The position numbers and the translations under genes were made by a program. A stretch of 64,000 nucleotides of DNA, taken from Eledone cirrhosa. Taxonomy: Eukaryota. Below are positions 18,001-32,904 of the stretch, in pieces. Location: the NCBI GenBank assembly GCA_964016885.1, contig OZ024741.1, forward strand, positions 55,180,001-55,244,000, in the 5' to 3' direction. A model generated the notes under the pieces. That model was given only the letters and a program-made list of their open reading frames with translations, did not search any database and was not told the DNA's origin. Numbering within the stretch: position 1 is the stretch's first letter; each line of letters starts with the position of its first letter.

Positions 18001-21000
18001 GTAACAACTATCAATAACAAACAATAACAACAGTAACAACTATCAATAACAAACAATAACAACAGTAACAACTATCAATAACAAACAATAACAACAGTAA
18101 CAACTAACAATAACAAACAATAACAACAGTAACAACTATCAATAACAAACAATAACAACAGTAACAACTATCAATAACAAACAATAACAACAGTAACAAC
18201 TATCAATAACAAACAATAACAACAGTAACAACTATCAATAACAAACAATAACAACAGTAACAACTATCAATAACAAACAATAACAACAGTAACAACTATC
18301 AATAACTAACAATAACAACAGTAACAACTATCAATAACTAACAATAACAACAGTAACATCTATCAATAACTAACAATAACAACAGTAACAACTATCAATA
18401 ACAAACAATAACGACAGTAACAACTATCAATAACAACAATAACAACAGTAACAACTATCAATAACTAACAATAACAACAGTAACAACTATCAATAACAAA
18501 CAATAACGACAGTAACAACTATCAATAACAACAATAACAACAGTAACAACTATCAATAACTAACAATAACAACAGTAACATCTATCAATAACTAACAATA
18601 ACAACAGTAACAACTATCAATAACAAACAATAACAACAGAAACAACAATCAATAACAAACAATAACAACAGTAACAACTAACAATAACAAACAATAACAA
18701 CAGTAACAACTATCAAAAACAAACAATAACAACAGTAACAACTATCAATAACAAACAATAACAACAGTAACAACTATCAATAACAAACAATAACAACAGT
18801 AACAACTATCAATAACAAACAATAACAACAGTAACAACTATCAATAACAAACAATAACAACAGTAACAACTAACAATAACAAACAATAACAACAGTAACA
18901 ACTATCAATAACAAACAATAACAACAGTAACAACTATCAATAACAAACAATAACAACAGTAACAACTATCAATAACAAACAATAACAACAGTAACAACTA
19001 TCAATAACAACAATAACAACAGTAACAACTATCAATAACAAACAATAACAACAGTAACAAATATCAATAACTAACAATAATAAAAGTAACAACTATCAAT
19101 AACAAACAATAACAACAGTAACAACTATCAATAACAAAAATAACAACAGTAACAACAATCAATAACAACAATAACAACAGTAACAACTAAGAATAACAAA
19201 CAATAACAACAGTAACAACTATCAATAACAAACAATAACAACAGAAAAAACTATCAATAACAAACAATAACAACAGTAACAACTATCAATAATAAACAGT
19301 AACAACAGTAACAACTATCAATAACAAACAATAACAACAGTAACATCTATCAATAACTAACAATAACAACAGTAACAACTATCAATAACAAACAATAACA
19401 ACAGTAACATCTATCAATAACTAACAATAACAACAGTAACAACTATCAATAACTAACAATAATAAAAGTAACAACTATCAATAACAAACAATAACAACAG
19501 TAACAACTATCAATAAGTAACAATAACAACAGTAACAAATATCAATAACTAACAATAATAAAAGTAACAACTATCAATAACAAACAATAACAACAGAAAC
19601 AACTATCAATAACAAACAATAACAACAGTAACAACTATCAATAACAAACAATAACAACAGTAACAACTATCAATAACAAACAATAACAACAGAAACAACT
19701 ATCAATAACAAACAATAACAACAGTAACAACTATCAATAACAAACAATAACAACAGTAACAACTATCAATAACAAACAATAACAACAGTGACAACTATCA
19801 ATAACTAACAATAACAACAGTAACAACTATCAATAACAAACAATAACAACAGAAACAACTATCAATAACAAACAATAACAACAGTAACAACTATCAATAA
19901 CAAACAATAACAACACTAAAAAATATCAATAACAAACAATAACAACAGTAACAACTATCAATAACAAACAATAACAACACTAAAAAATATCAATAACAAA
20001 CAATAACAACAGTAACAAATATCAATAACAAACAATAACAACAGTAACAACTATCAATAACAAACAATAACAACAGTAACAAATATCAATAACAATCGAT
20101 AACAACAGTAACAACTATCAATAACAAACAATAACAACAGAAACAACTATCAATAACAAACAATAACAACAGTAACAACTATCAATAACAAACAATAACA
20201 ACAGAAACAACTATCAATAACAAACAATAACAACAATAACAACTATCAATAACAAACAATAACAACAGAAACAACTATCAATAACAAACAATAACAACAG
20301 AAACAACTATCAATAACAAACAATAACAACTATCAATAACAAACAATAACAACAGTAACAACTATCAATAACAAACAATAACAACAGAAACAACAATCAA
20401 TAACAAACAATAACAACAGTAACAACTAACAATAACAAACAATAACAACAGTAACAACTATCAATAACAAACAATAACAACAGTAACAACTATCAATAAC
20501 AAACAATAACAACAGTAACAACTATCAATAACAAACAATAACAACAGTAACAACTAACAATAACAAACAATAACAACAGTAACAACTATCAATAACAAAC
20601 AATAACAACAGTAACAACTATCAATAACAAACAATAACAACAGTAACAACTATCAATAACAAACAATAACAACAGTAACAACTATCAATAACAAACAATA
20701 ACAACAGTAACAACTATCAATAACAAACAATAACAACAATAACAACTATCAATAACAAACAATAACAACAGTAACAACTATCAATAACAAACAATAACAA
20801 CAGAAACAACAATCAATAACAAACAATAACAACAGTAACAACTAACAATAACAAACAATAACAACAGTAACAACTATCAATAACAAACAATAACAACAGT
20901 AACAACTATCAATAACAAACAATAACAACAGTAACAACTATCAATAACAAACAATAACAACAGTAACAACTATCAATAACAAACAATAACAACAGTAACA

Positions 21001-24000
21001 ACTATCAATAACAAACAATAACAACAGTAACAACTATCAATAACAAACAATAACAACAGTAACAACTATCAATAACAAACAATAACAATAGTAACACCTA
21101 TCAATAACAAACAATAACAACAGTAACAACTATCAATAACAAACAATAACAACAGAAACAACAATCAATAACAAACAATAACAACAGTAACAACTAACAA
21201 TAACAAACAATAACAACAGTAACAACTATCAATAACAAACAATAACAACAGTAACAACTATCAATAACAAACAATAACAACAGTAACAACTATCAATAAC
21301 AAACAATAACAACAGTAACAACTATCAATAACAAACAATAACAACAGTGACAACTAACAATAACAAACAATAACAACAGTAACAACTATCAATAACAAAC
21401 AATAACAACAGTAACAACTATCAATAACAAACAATAACAACAGTAACAACTATCAATAACAAACAATAACAACAGTAACAACTATCAATAACAAACAATA
21501 ACAACAGTAACAACTATCAATAACAAACAATAACAACAGTAACAACTATCAATAACTAACAATAACAACAGTAACAACTATCAATAACTAACAATAACAA
21601 CAGTAACAACTATCAATAACTAACAATAACAACAGTAACATCTATCAATAACTAACAATAACAACAGTAACAACTATCAATAACAAACAATAACGACAGT
21701 AACAACTATCAATAACAACAATAACAACAGTAACAACTATCAATAACTAACAATAACAACAGTAACAACTATCAATAACAAACAATAACGACAGTAACAA
21801 CTATCAATAACAACAATAACAACAGTAACAACTATCAATAACTAACAATAACAACAGTAACATCTATCAATAACTAACAATAACAACAGTAACAACTATC
21901 AATAACAAACAATAACAACAGTAACAACTATCAATAACTAACAATAACAACAGTAACAACTATCAATAACTAACAATAACAACAGTAACAACTATCAATA
22001 ACAAACAATAACAACAGAAACAACTATCAATAACGAACAAGAACGACAGTAACAACTATCAATAATAAACAATAACAACAGTAACAACTATCAATAACGA
22101 ACAATAACAACAGTAACAACTATCAATAACAAACAATAACAACAGTAACAACTACCGATAACAAACAATAACAACAGAAAAAACTATCAATAACAAACAA
22201 TAACAACAATAACAAATAACAATAACAAACAATAACAACAGTAACAACTATCAATAACAAACAATAACAACAGTAACAACTATCAATAATAAACAATAAC
22301 AACAGTAACAACTATCAATAACGAACAATAACAACAGTAACAACTATCAATAACAAACAATAACAACAATAACAACTATTAATAACTAACAATAACAACA
22401 GTAACAACTATCAATAACAAACAATAACAACAGTAACAACTATCAATAACAAACAATAACAACAGTAACAACTATCAATAACAACAATAACAACAGTAAC
22501 AACTAAGAATAACAAACAATAACAACAGTAACAAATATCAATAACAAACAATAACAACAGTAACAACTATCAATAACAAACAATAACAGCAGTAACAACT
22601 ATCAATAATAAACAATAACAACAGTAAGAACTATCAATAACAACAATAACAACAGTAACAACTAAGAATAACAAACAATAACAACAGTAACAAATATCAA
22701 TAACAAACAATAACAACAGTAACAACTATCAATAATAAACAATAACAACAGTAACAACTATCAATAACGAACAATAACAACAGTAACAACTATCAATAAC
22801 AAACAATAACAACAGTAACAACTATCAATAACAAAAATAACAACAGTAACAACTAACAATAACTAACAATAACAACAGTAACAACTATCAATAACAAACA
22901 ATAACAACAGTAACAACTATCAATAACAAACAATAACAACAGTAACAACTATCAATAACGACAATAACAACAGTAACAACTAACAATAACAAACAATAAC
23001 AACAGTAACAACTATCAATAACAAACAATAACAACAGTAACAACTATCAATAATAAACAATAACAACAGTAACAACTATCAATAACGAACAATAACAACA
23101 GTAACAACTATCAATAACAAACAATAACAACAGAAACAACTATCAATAACAAACAATAACAACAGTAACAACTATCAATAACAAACAATAACAACAGTAA
23201 CAACTATCAATAACAAAAATAACAACAGTAACAACTATCAATAACAAACAATAACAACAGTAACAACTATCAATAACAACAATAACAACAGTAACAACTA
23301 TCAATAACAAACAATAACAACAGTAACAACTATCAATAACAAACAATAACAACAGTAACAACTATCAATAACAAACAATAACAACAGTAACAACTATCAA
23401 TAACGACAATAACAACAGAAACAACTATCAATAACAAACAATAACAACAGTAACAACTATCAATAACAACAATAACAACAGTAACAACTATCAATAACAA
23501 ACAATAACAACAGTAACAAATATCAATAACTAACAATAATAAAAGTAACAACTATCAATAACAAACAATAACAACAGTAACAACTATCAATAACAAACAA
23601 TAACAACAGTAACAACTATCAATAACAACAATAACAACAGTAACAACTATCAATAACAAACAATAACAACAGTAACAAATATCAATAACTAACAATAATA
23701 AAAGTAACAACTATCAATAACAAACAATAACAACAGTAACAACTATCAATAACAAAAATAACAACAGTAACAACAATCAATAACAACAATAACAACAGTA
23801 ACAACTAAGAATAACAAACAATAACAACAGTAACAACTATCAATAACAAACAATAACAACAGAAAAAACTATCAATAACAAACAATAACAACAGTAACAA
23901 CTATCAATAATAAACAATAACAACAGTAACAACTATCAATAACAAACAATAACAACAGTAACATCTATCAATAACTAACAATAACAACAGTAACAACTAT

Positions 24001-26712
24001 CAATAATAAACAATAACAACAGTAACAACTATCAATAACAAACAATAACAACAGTAACATCTATCAATAACTAACAATAACAACAGTAACAACTATCAAT
24101 AACAAACAATAACAACAGTAACATCTATCAATAACTAACAATAACAACAGTAACAACTATCAATAACTAACAATAATAAAAGTAACAACTATCAATAACA
24201 AACAATAACAACAGTAACAACTATCAATAAGTAACAATAACAACAGTAACAAATATCAATAACTAACAATAATAAAAGTAACAACTATCAATAACAAACA
24301 ATAACAACAGAAACAACTATCAATAACAAACAATAACAACAGTAACAACTATCAATAACAAACAATAACAACAGTAACAACTATCAATAACAAACAATAA
24401 CAACAGAAACAACTATCAATAACAAACAATAACAACAGTAACAACTATCAATAACTAACAATAACAACAGTAACAACTATCAATAACAAACAATAACAAC
24501 AGTAACAACTATCAATAACAAACAATAACAACAGTAACAACTATCAATAACTAACAATAACAACAGTAACAACTATCAATAACAAACAATAACAACAGAA
24601 ACAACTATCAATAACAAACAATAACAACAGTAACAACTATCAATAACAAACAATAACAACAGTGACAACTATCAATAACTAACAATAACAACAGTAACAA
24701 CTATCAATAACAAACAATAACAACAGAAACAACTATCAATAACAAACAATAACAACAGTAACAACTATCAATAACAAACAATAACAACACTAAAAAATAT
24801 CAATAACAAACAATAACAACAGTAACAACTATCAATAACAAACAATAACAACATTAAAAAATATCAATAACAAACAATAACAACAGTAACAAATATCAAT
24901 AACAAACAATAACAACAGTAACAACTATCAATAACAAACAATAACAACAGTAACAAATATCAATAACAATCGATAACAACAGTAACAACTATCAATAACA
25001 AACAATAACAACAGAAACAACTATCAATAACAAACAATAACAACAGTAACAACTATCAATAACAAACAATAACAACAGAAACAACTATCAATAACAAACA
25101 ATAACAACAGTAACAACTATCAATAACAAACAATAACAACAGAAACAACTATCAATAACAAACAATAACAACAGAAACAACTATCAATAACAAACAATAA
25201 CAACTATCAATAACAAACAATAACAACAGTGACAACTATCAATAACTAACAATAACAACAGTAACAACTATCAATAACAAACAATAACAACAGAAACAAC
25301 TATCAATAACAAACAATAACAACAGTAACAACTATCAATAACAAACAATAACAACACTAAAAAATATCAATAACAAACAATAACAACAGTAACAACTATC
25401 AATAACAAACAATAACAACACTAAAAAATATCAATAACAAACAATAACAACAGTAACAAATATCAATAACAAACAATAACAACAGTAACAACTATCAATA
25501 ACAAACAATAACAACAGTAACAAATATCAATAACAATCGATAACAACAGTAACAACTATCAATAACAAACAATAACAACAGAAACAACTATCAATAACAA
25601 ACAATAACAACAGTAACAACTATCAATAACAAACAATAACAACAGAAACAACTATCAATAACAAACAATAACAACAGTAACAACTATCAATAACAAACAA
25701 TAACAACAGAAACAACTATCAATAACAAACAATAACAACAGAAACAACTATCAATAACAAACAATAACAACTATCAATAACAAACAATAACAACAGTAAC
25801 AACTATCAATAACAAACAATAACAACAGAAACAACAATCAATAACAAACAATAACAACAGTAACAACTAACAATAACAAACAATAACAACAGTAACAACT
25901 ATCAATAACAAACAATAACAACAGTAACAACTATCAATAACAAACAATAAGAACAGTAACAACTATCAATAACAAACAATAACAACAGTAACAACTATCA
26001 ATAACAAACAATAACAACAGTAACAACTATCAATAACAAACAATAACAACAGTAACAACTAACAATAACAAACAATAACAACAGTAACAACTATCAATAA
26101 CAAACAATAACAACAGTAACAACTATCAATAACAAACAATAACAACAGTAACAACTATCAATAACAAACAATAACAACAGTAACAACTATCAATAACAAA
26201 CAATAACAACAGTAACAACTATCAATAACAAACAATAACAACAGTAACAACTATCAATAACAAACAATAACAACAATAACAACTATCAATAACAAACAAT
26301 AACAACAGTAACAACTATCAATAACAAACAATAACAACAGAAACAACAATCAATAACAAACAATAACAACAGTAACAACTAACAATAACAAACAATAACA
26401 ACAGTAACAACTATCAATAACAAACAATAACAACAGTAACAACTATCAATAACAAACAATAACAACAGTAACAACTATCAATAACAAACAATAACAACAG
26501 TAACAACTATCAATAACAAACAATAACAACAGTAACAACTATCAATAACAAACAATAACAACAGTAACAACTATCAATAACAAACAATAACAACAGTAAC
26601 AACTATCAATAACAAACAATAACAACAGTAACAACTATCAATAACAAACAATAACAATAGTAACACCTATCAATAACAAACAATAACAACAGTAACAACT
26701 ATCAATAACAAA
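1..26712. repeat. Tandem satellite, 32-bp monomer AATAACAACAGTAACAACTATCAATAACAAAC, roughly 830 copies, continuing past the window start
   Basis: Monomer read directly. Variant monomers (31-bp deletions, AAGAAT, ACATCT, AATAAAAGT) recur periodically. The plus strand is almost all A/C/T. Confidence 0.98.
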
Positions 26713-27415
26713 CAATAACAACAGTAACAACAATAACAATAATAACAACTCCACCAGACAATAACAACAGTAACAACAATAACAATAATAACAACTCCAC
26801 CAAACAATAACAACAGTAACAACAATAACAATAATAACAACTCCACCAGACAATAACAACAGTAACAACAATAACAATAATAACAACTCCACCAGACAAT
26901 AACAACAGTAACAACAATAACAATAATAACAACTCCACCAAACAATAACAACAGTAACAACAATAACAATAATAACAACTCCACCAAACAATAACAACAG
27001 TAACAACAATAACAATAATAACAACTCCACCAGACAATAACAACCGTAACAACAATAACAATAATAACAACTCCACCAAACAATAACAACCGTAACAACA
27101 ATAACAATAATAACAACTCCACCAAACAATAACAACCGTAACAACAATAACAATAATAACAACTCCACCAAACAATAACAACCGTAACAACAATAACAAT
27201 AATAACAACTCCACCAAACAATAACAACAGTAACAACAATAACAATAATAACAACTCCACCAAACAATAACAACCGTAACAACAATAACAATAATAACAA
27301 CTCCACCAAACAATAACAACCGTAACAACAATAACAATAATAACAACTCCACCAAACAATAACAACCGTAACAACAATAACAATAATAACAACTCCACCA
27401 AACAATAACACCACC
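26713..27415. repeat. Tandem repeat, 46-bp monomer CAATAACAAC(A/C)GTAACAACAATAACAATAATAACAACTCCACCA(A/G)A, ~15 copies, terminating the satellite
   Basis: CCACC marker recurs every 46 bp (26751, 26797, ...). The first half of the monomer is shared with the 32-mer. Confidence 0.95.
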
Positions 27416-27978
27416 AAAGTTAACACGAGAAATATAATTACTACGAAAACTATCAACAATTTCAACACCAAAATATCACTGGAAATAATATCACCAACAA
27501 TAACAAGCGCGACAACTAAACAAAAAAGGTGCTTACGTCGTGATCCATATTCAGTGTGATTTTATTTTTGGTGATCAGCCAAAGTTTATTATCTCTGATC
27601 TTTTTAAAGAGACAAACCTATAACCGTAGGGGTTATTTGTTAATTAACAAGAAAGAGAAGTGTTGTGTACTTTTTTTTATGTATATTTACTTTAAATTTT
27701 ACATTTTTGGTTCTATTCATTAGAAGTTTCTGATGAAAAGTAAAACAAATACAAAAATAGTCCCTATGGTTGTCTAGATTTTAGGGCTTGGTGTTTGTAA
27801 ATACAAGTTATGCTGTTCTTTTTTATAGACAGACGCACAAACATAAGGTAGCAGTTATAACGTTCATTAAAATATTATATATATGTATATATATATAAGT
27901 TAAAACGAAAATCAAAAACAATAACGAAGAGTGCATTACAAACAGTGTTAGCATTAGGTTCACGCTTGAGAGCGGGGT

Positions 27979-28300
<322 letters not shown>

Positions 28301-28353
28301 CACATAGAAACACAGATCCATACTCGCAATACACAGAAATTGGACTTCTTAAA

Positions 28354-29136
28354 TTGAGGGCCCAGACAAATGAAGAAAAAATCAAAACCATCGATGAAGA
28401 GATCCTCCTGGAAATCAACAATAAAACTGAAGGCCCCAATGTAGAGAAGATCTCTAAATTATGGAAAGGGGACTGCAACAGAGAAGAACTGAAATCCCTT
28501 CAACGCTGGGAAAAAAGTGCCGCTTGGTTCCTACAGTATGAATCGACTTTTCAAACGGATTACACCTCCAATAACCCGTTCATAAAAATAGGAAAACCCA
28601 TAATCGAACCGCACAACAACTTCGCAATCCCCCCAGCCACTAACAAAAGAAGAATGGAGCACCACACCGAAGATGAACTTCCCAACCTCGCTACCATAAG
28701 AAGGAACAAAAACCCTAGAAATCATCTCCCCCAGAATGACATTTACAACTTTCCCCCTTCAAGGAGACACCATACCAAATCACTCAACTACTACGCGGAT
28801 GCCTCATCGTCAAACATAGGGAAAAGATACCACCACCATGATAGATGTAACAACTTCCCCGCTTCAAGGGGACAGCAAGGTAATTTGCATTTTCTCAACT
28901 CTCGCTTCCACAATACACAACAAACCCACACCACACGATACAACCAACAACGTAGGCCACCTATAACACCACAATCCAACATGGCACATAGAAACACACA
29001 TCCATACTCGCAATACAGGAACACCCCATTCAATCTACAACCACGAACCCGAACCACATTTTACAACAAAAAATATAACAAACACAGGAGACCACTTAAC
29101 ATCAGCAGACAACCCCTCTACCCAACCATTTTTTAG
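28354..29136 (+). pseudogene. PLE-1 upstream ORF (5'-truncated; charged/helical N-part, then N/H/R/P-rich low-complexity tail)
   Basis: 260-codon open frame ending ATT TTT TAG, overlapping the start of the RT frame. Confidence 0.6.
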
Positions 29137-31454
29137 ACACAGCACACAGATACAGGCAAACAAAATAACACAAGACAGGGAGGAGAAACCGAGAGTAATA
29201 AAAATTATCAATCTAACTAGTGCAGAACCAACACCCAACCTTATCAACTTACTCTCCAAAGGTCTTAAATTCACACCGACCCCACTACGTCCTAACTACT
29301 ATGAAATGAAGGAAGACATCACAGACTTCTGTAGAAAGTTATGACTCAGTGAAGAACTATTCGACCAGTACAATGAGGATGAATCATTAGCCAGAAATAG
29401 AAGCAATTACACCCTATCAAAAGGTAGAAATAAAATCCTGGACGAATTCTGTGATCACATCACAAACTTCCCTTACCAACACTTGCACAGACAAAAACAC
29501 AAGCCAAACCTCAACAAGAAAGAATGGGAAGAATTAAATAGATTAAAAACCGACAGAACCATTACAATTAAAGAGGCTGATAAAGGGAGTACAGTAGTCC
29601 TAATGGAGACAGAATTCTATATCAACTTAGCACTCTCCACTTTGGAAAACGAAACATACTACGAAAAGGCTGAACACTACAATCAACAGAAAATTATGAG
29701 AAATCTAAAAACTCTGATCAAACAATACAAAGAAGCACTCACTAACAAGGAATTCAGCTTCATCACAGACTTCATAAGTAAATCCAGCCTTTTCTACGGT
29801 ATCCCTAAAGTACATAAAAGCGAATTAATAAGTAAGGCATGCAAGGAAGCCACAGACATAGTCATCAATGTCCCCTCACCCAATGATCTCAAATTAAGAC
29901 CTATAATAGCAGGCCCCGCTTGCGGAACCCACCGCCTTAGCAACTTCATTGATACCCTTCTCAAGCCTTTTCTCAAACACATCAAAAGCTATATAAGGGA
30001 CGACCTAGATATGCTCAATCACCTCCCTAATATGCCCCTTTCTGAACAAACCCTACTAGTGACGTTCGATGTAGTCAACCTATACTCCAACATCCCCCAC
30101 AACCTAGGAATAGAAGCTATCCAATTCTGGCTGGATAATTACCACAATGAACTCCCACAACGCATCAAAAAAGAATTCGTGATAGAGGGACTTAAATTTA
30201 TCTTGGAGAACAATTACTTCGTTTTCAATAACAAACCCTACAGGCAGAAATATGGGACCGCTATGGGAACGAAAACAGCCCCCATTTATGCCAACCTAGT
30301 CATGGGGTACCTGGAAATCACCCTCTACACTAAAATACTAAACAAATTTGGAAACACTCTCCACTTACACATAGAAAGGAACTGGAAGCGATATCTAGTT
30401 GACTGCTTCATCCTTTGGCACGAAAACATCGAGAAACTCAAAGAATTCCACACCCTTATAAATGGGCTCAACACGAATATTAACTTCACGATGGAATACA
30501 GCCATCAACAACTCCCCTTCCTCGACATCCTCATTAAGATCCATAACGAAAAAATAGAAACAGACATATACTACAAGCCCACAGACTCCAAGCAATATCT
30601 TCCTTTCAACTCTTGCCACCCTAGACACGTTGAAATTAATATTCCCTACAACTTAGCCAAGAGAATCTGTACTATAGTCTTCAATAAAAACACCTGCTAC
30701 TTACGGCTACAAGAACTAAAGGACACACTCATAGGCAGGGACTACCCTGCATCACTAATTGACAATGGAATCCAACGTGCCCTAAAACTCAGTACCCAGG
30801 ACCTTAGACACCCTAAAGTAAATCAACCGAAACTAAAAGCTCTTCCATATATCTCCACACACAACCCCCTCAACAATGAGGCCTTTGACACCATCCACCA
30901 GAACATCCCTGTGTTGAAAAAGGACTATAGAATGAACCAAATCCTACGAACACACGATGTCATAAAGTGCAAAAGACAATCTAAGTCAATGAAAAACATC
31001 CTAACACATGCCAAAGTACTGCCAACCACAACAACGAAACCCACAGTAAAAAGAATGCGATAGACCCAACTGTGGCATATGCATCAACCTAATAGAGGGT
31101 TCGGAATTCTATTTCAAAGAAGGACAATGTTTTATAGTAAAACACAATTTCACATGCGCATCAGAAAATCTAATATATGTATTAACTTGCTCAGGTTGTC
31201 GAGAACAATACATAGGCCAGACCAAAAGCAGCCTCCGCCAACGCATGACTGTCCATAGATCCCAAATTAAAATACGGGAATACAGGAAAATACCACTGAG
31301 TGAACACATTGATACCTGTGCCGCCCAAAATCATCCCAACTTCAGAATCTTTCCCCTCTACAAATTTAAAGATAATGCCACCCACACCCAGCGCATCAGC
31401 AAGGAATCTCACTTTATTAGCAAATACGGACCCCGTCTAAACATTTCTCCCTAA
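29135..31454 (+). pseudogene. PLE-1 reverse transcriptase + GIY-YIG endonuclease pseudogene
   Basis: In-frame TGA at 29342 (FCRKL*L, probably CGA>TGA). Catalytic YLDD reads YLVD. A frameshift near 31050 precedes ECDRPNCGIC. Ends ..SKYGPRLNISP* at 31454. Confidence 0.92.
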
Positions 31455-31801
31455 GACGAACCCACAACATACACACGTCAACATACATACCTACATTAGC
31501 ATACATCTCTATCCACATATAAACACAATGACATACGTAAACACACATGTTCTATGGTGCAACACAAATATACACAAATTTGCATACCTTTTGATGTCTA
31601 TAGATATAAACGTGCCGATACACACACATACATATACGCACACATGCATTGCACACTGATGGGCACATACATATTTGTACACAAGTATTCCAATACGGCA
31701 AGGCCTAATGGATTCCCCTTGCAGTACGTACAATCTGGACACTCACACACACCTTGGTATTATGCCAATACTATATATCATTTCACACCTTTTATTATTA
31801 A

Positions 31802-31963
31802 GGTTTGGCAGTATCGGTAGCATAGTTACGTCCCTTTACGATCTGAGTTCAAATCCCGCCGAGGTTGACTTTGCCTTTCATCCTTACGGGGGTCGATAAA
31901 ATAAAGTACCAGTAAGGCACTGGGTAATTGCTGGCCTTGTGCCTAAAGTAGAAACAATTATTA
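31802..31963 (+). mobile_element. tRNA-derived SINE with Deu/Nin-like central domain (internally deleted head)
   Basis: Box A-like TGGCAGTATCGG, box B GAGTTCAAATCC, then GACTTTGCCTTTCATCCTTACGGGGGTCGATAAAATAAAGTACCAG and an (ATT) tail. Near-identical to the copies at 61245-61585. Confidence 0.85.
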
Positions 31964-32164
31964 AGGTTTTTGATGTTCTATTGAGAGAATCGTTTTTACT
32001 GAAAATATCGAATAATGTACACCATTTTTACCAGTATCACAAAAATACTTATCCACCCACACACACACACACATTCTCACACACACACACACACACATAT
32101 ATACACACACACACACATATATATACACACACACATACACACGCGTACATTAACATACAAAGAG

Positions 32165-32196
<32 letters not shown>

Positions 32197-32305
32197 TTCT
32201 CCGTATAAGACAAGAGCTGAAAAATATCTTTTAACATGTTAAAATATCCCCCACACACGTACAAACACATTCCTACTGACCATCCCTCTACCACGAATTA
32301 CTCTG

Positions 32306-32364
<59 letters not shown>

Positions 32365-32844
32365 TTTTAATAGGCATTTGAACTATCAACAGGCTGCGGT
32401 TCGCACACACATCCCTGTTGACCATTATCACAACAATGAACCTCTTTACTACTACTACACACACACACACACACACACACATATTTGTCTTGAAAGACTT
32501 ATTTTTCAGTGACTTCTCAATCAGCCGAGACAAACCTACATTTGGCGCAAAATCAATTTTTAACATTCACATGACCTCTACCGACCAATCAAAATTGTTT
32601 TGACCACAAGAATTTTTTCATACATCTGGAGCCACTTTTTTACATAAAACAGGTAGAATTTCCAAAACTAATCAGATTAGAGCAAACATCACGGGCGCTC
32701 TATCTCAAAATTATTTTTGAAAAGCAACCGGTAAAACTTAAAACCAAAACTGAATACTAACCAATACTATTACTAATTTTTACTTATTCCTAATTAAACT
32801 ATTTTTCACTGGGAACAATTTGTCAGCATTTTCTTTTCCTTTTA

Positions 32845-32901
<57 letters not shown>

Positions 32902-32904
<3 letters not shown>

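Larger units (their letters stand above)
28301..31800 (+). mobile_element. Penelope-like retroelement PLE-1 (Neptune-like), 5'-truncated and inactivated
   Basis: Upstream ORF followed by RT with IINLTS..LSKGLKFTPT, KEADKG, FYGIPKVHK, LRPIIAG, FDVVNLYSNIP, GTAMGT, LPFLD, YYKPTD. Then a CxxxxCxxC linker and GIY-YIG (NLIYVLTCSGC..YIGQT). The 3' boundary is approximate. Confidence 0.92.

Noticed and set aside
53-23551. Repeated 62-72 aa ORFs inside the satellite
   Set aside because: Translations of monomers where 31-bp variants skip the stop; useful only as higher-order repeat markers.
1-27415. CRISPR-like or telomeric array
   Set aside because: No unique spacers, no cas genes, eukaryotic context, and no TTAGGG-type repeat.
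26638-27471. Three overlapping 217-277 aa hydrophobic, Cys-rich ORFs on the minus strand
   Set aside because: The 46-bp monomer has no stop in any minus frame and 46 mod 3 = 1, so all frames are open by construction. No evidence of coding.
27725-27760. CTGATGA at 27730 as a hammerhead
   Set aside because: No stem II, GAAA or stem I partner found.
29342-29344. In-frame TGA in the PLE-1 RT frame as selenocysteine (reported for some Naiad PLEs)
   Set aside because: It falls at the conserved Arg of F.RKLRL (CGA>TGA decay), not at a Cys. The copy has other disabling lesions and no SECIS was seen.
31802-31870. tRNA genes at the box B motifs
   Set aside because: No complete cloverleaf, and each is followed by SINE body and tail.
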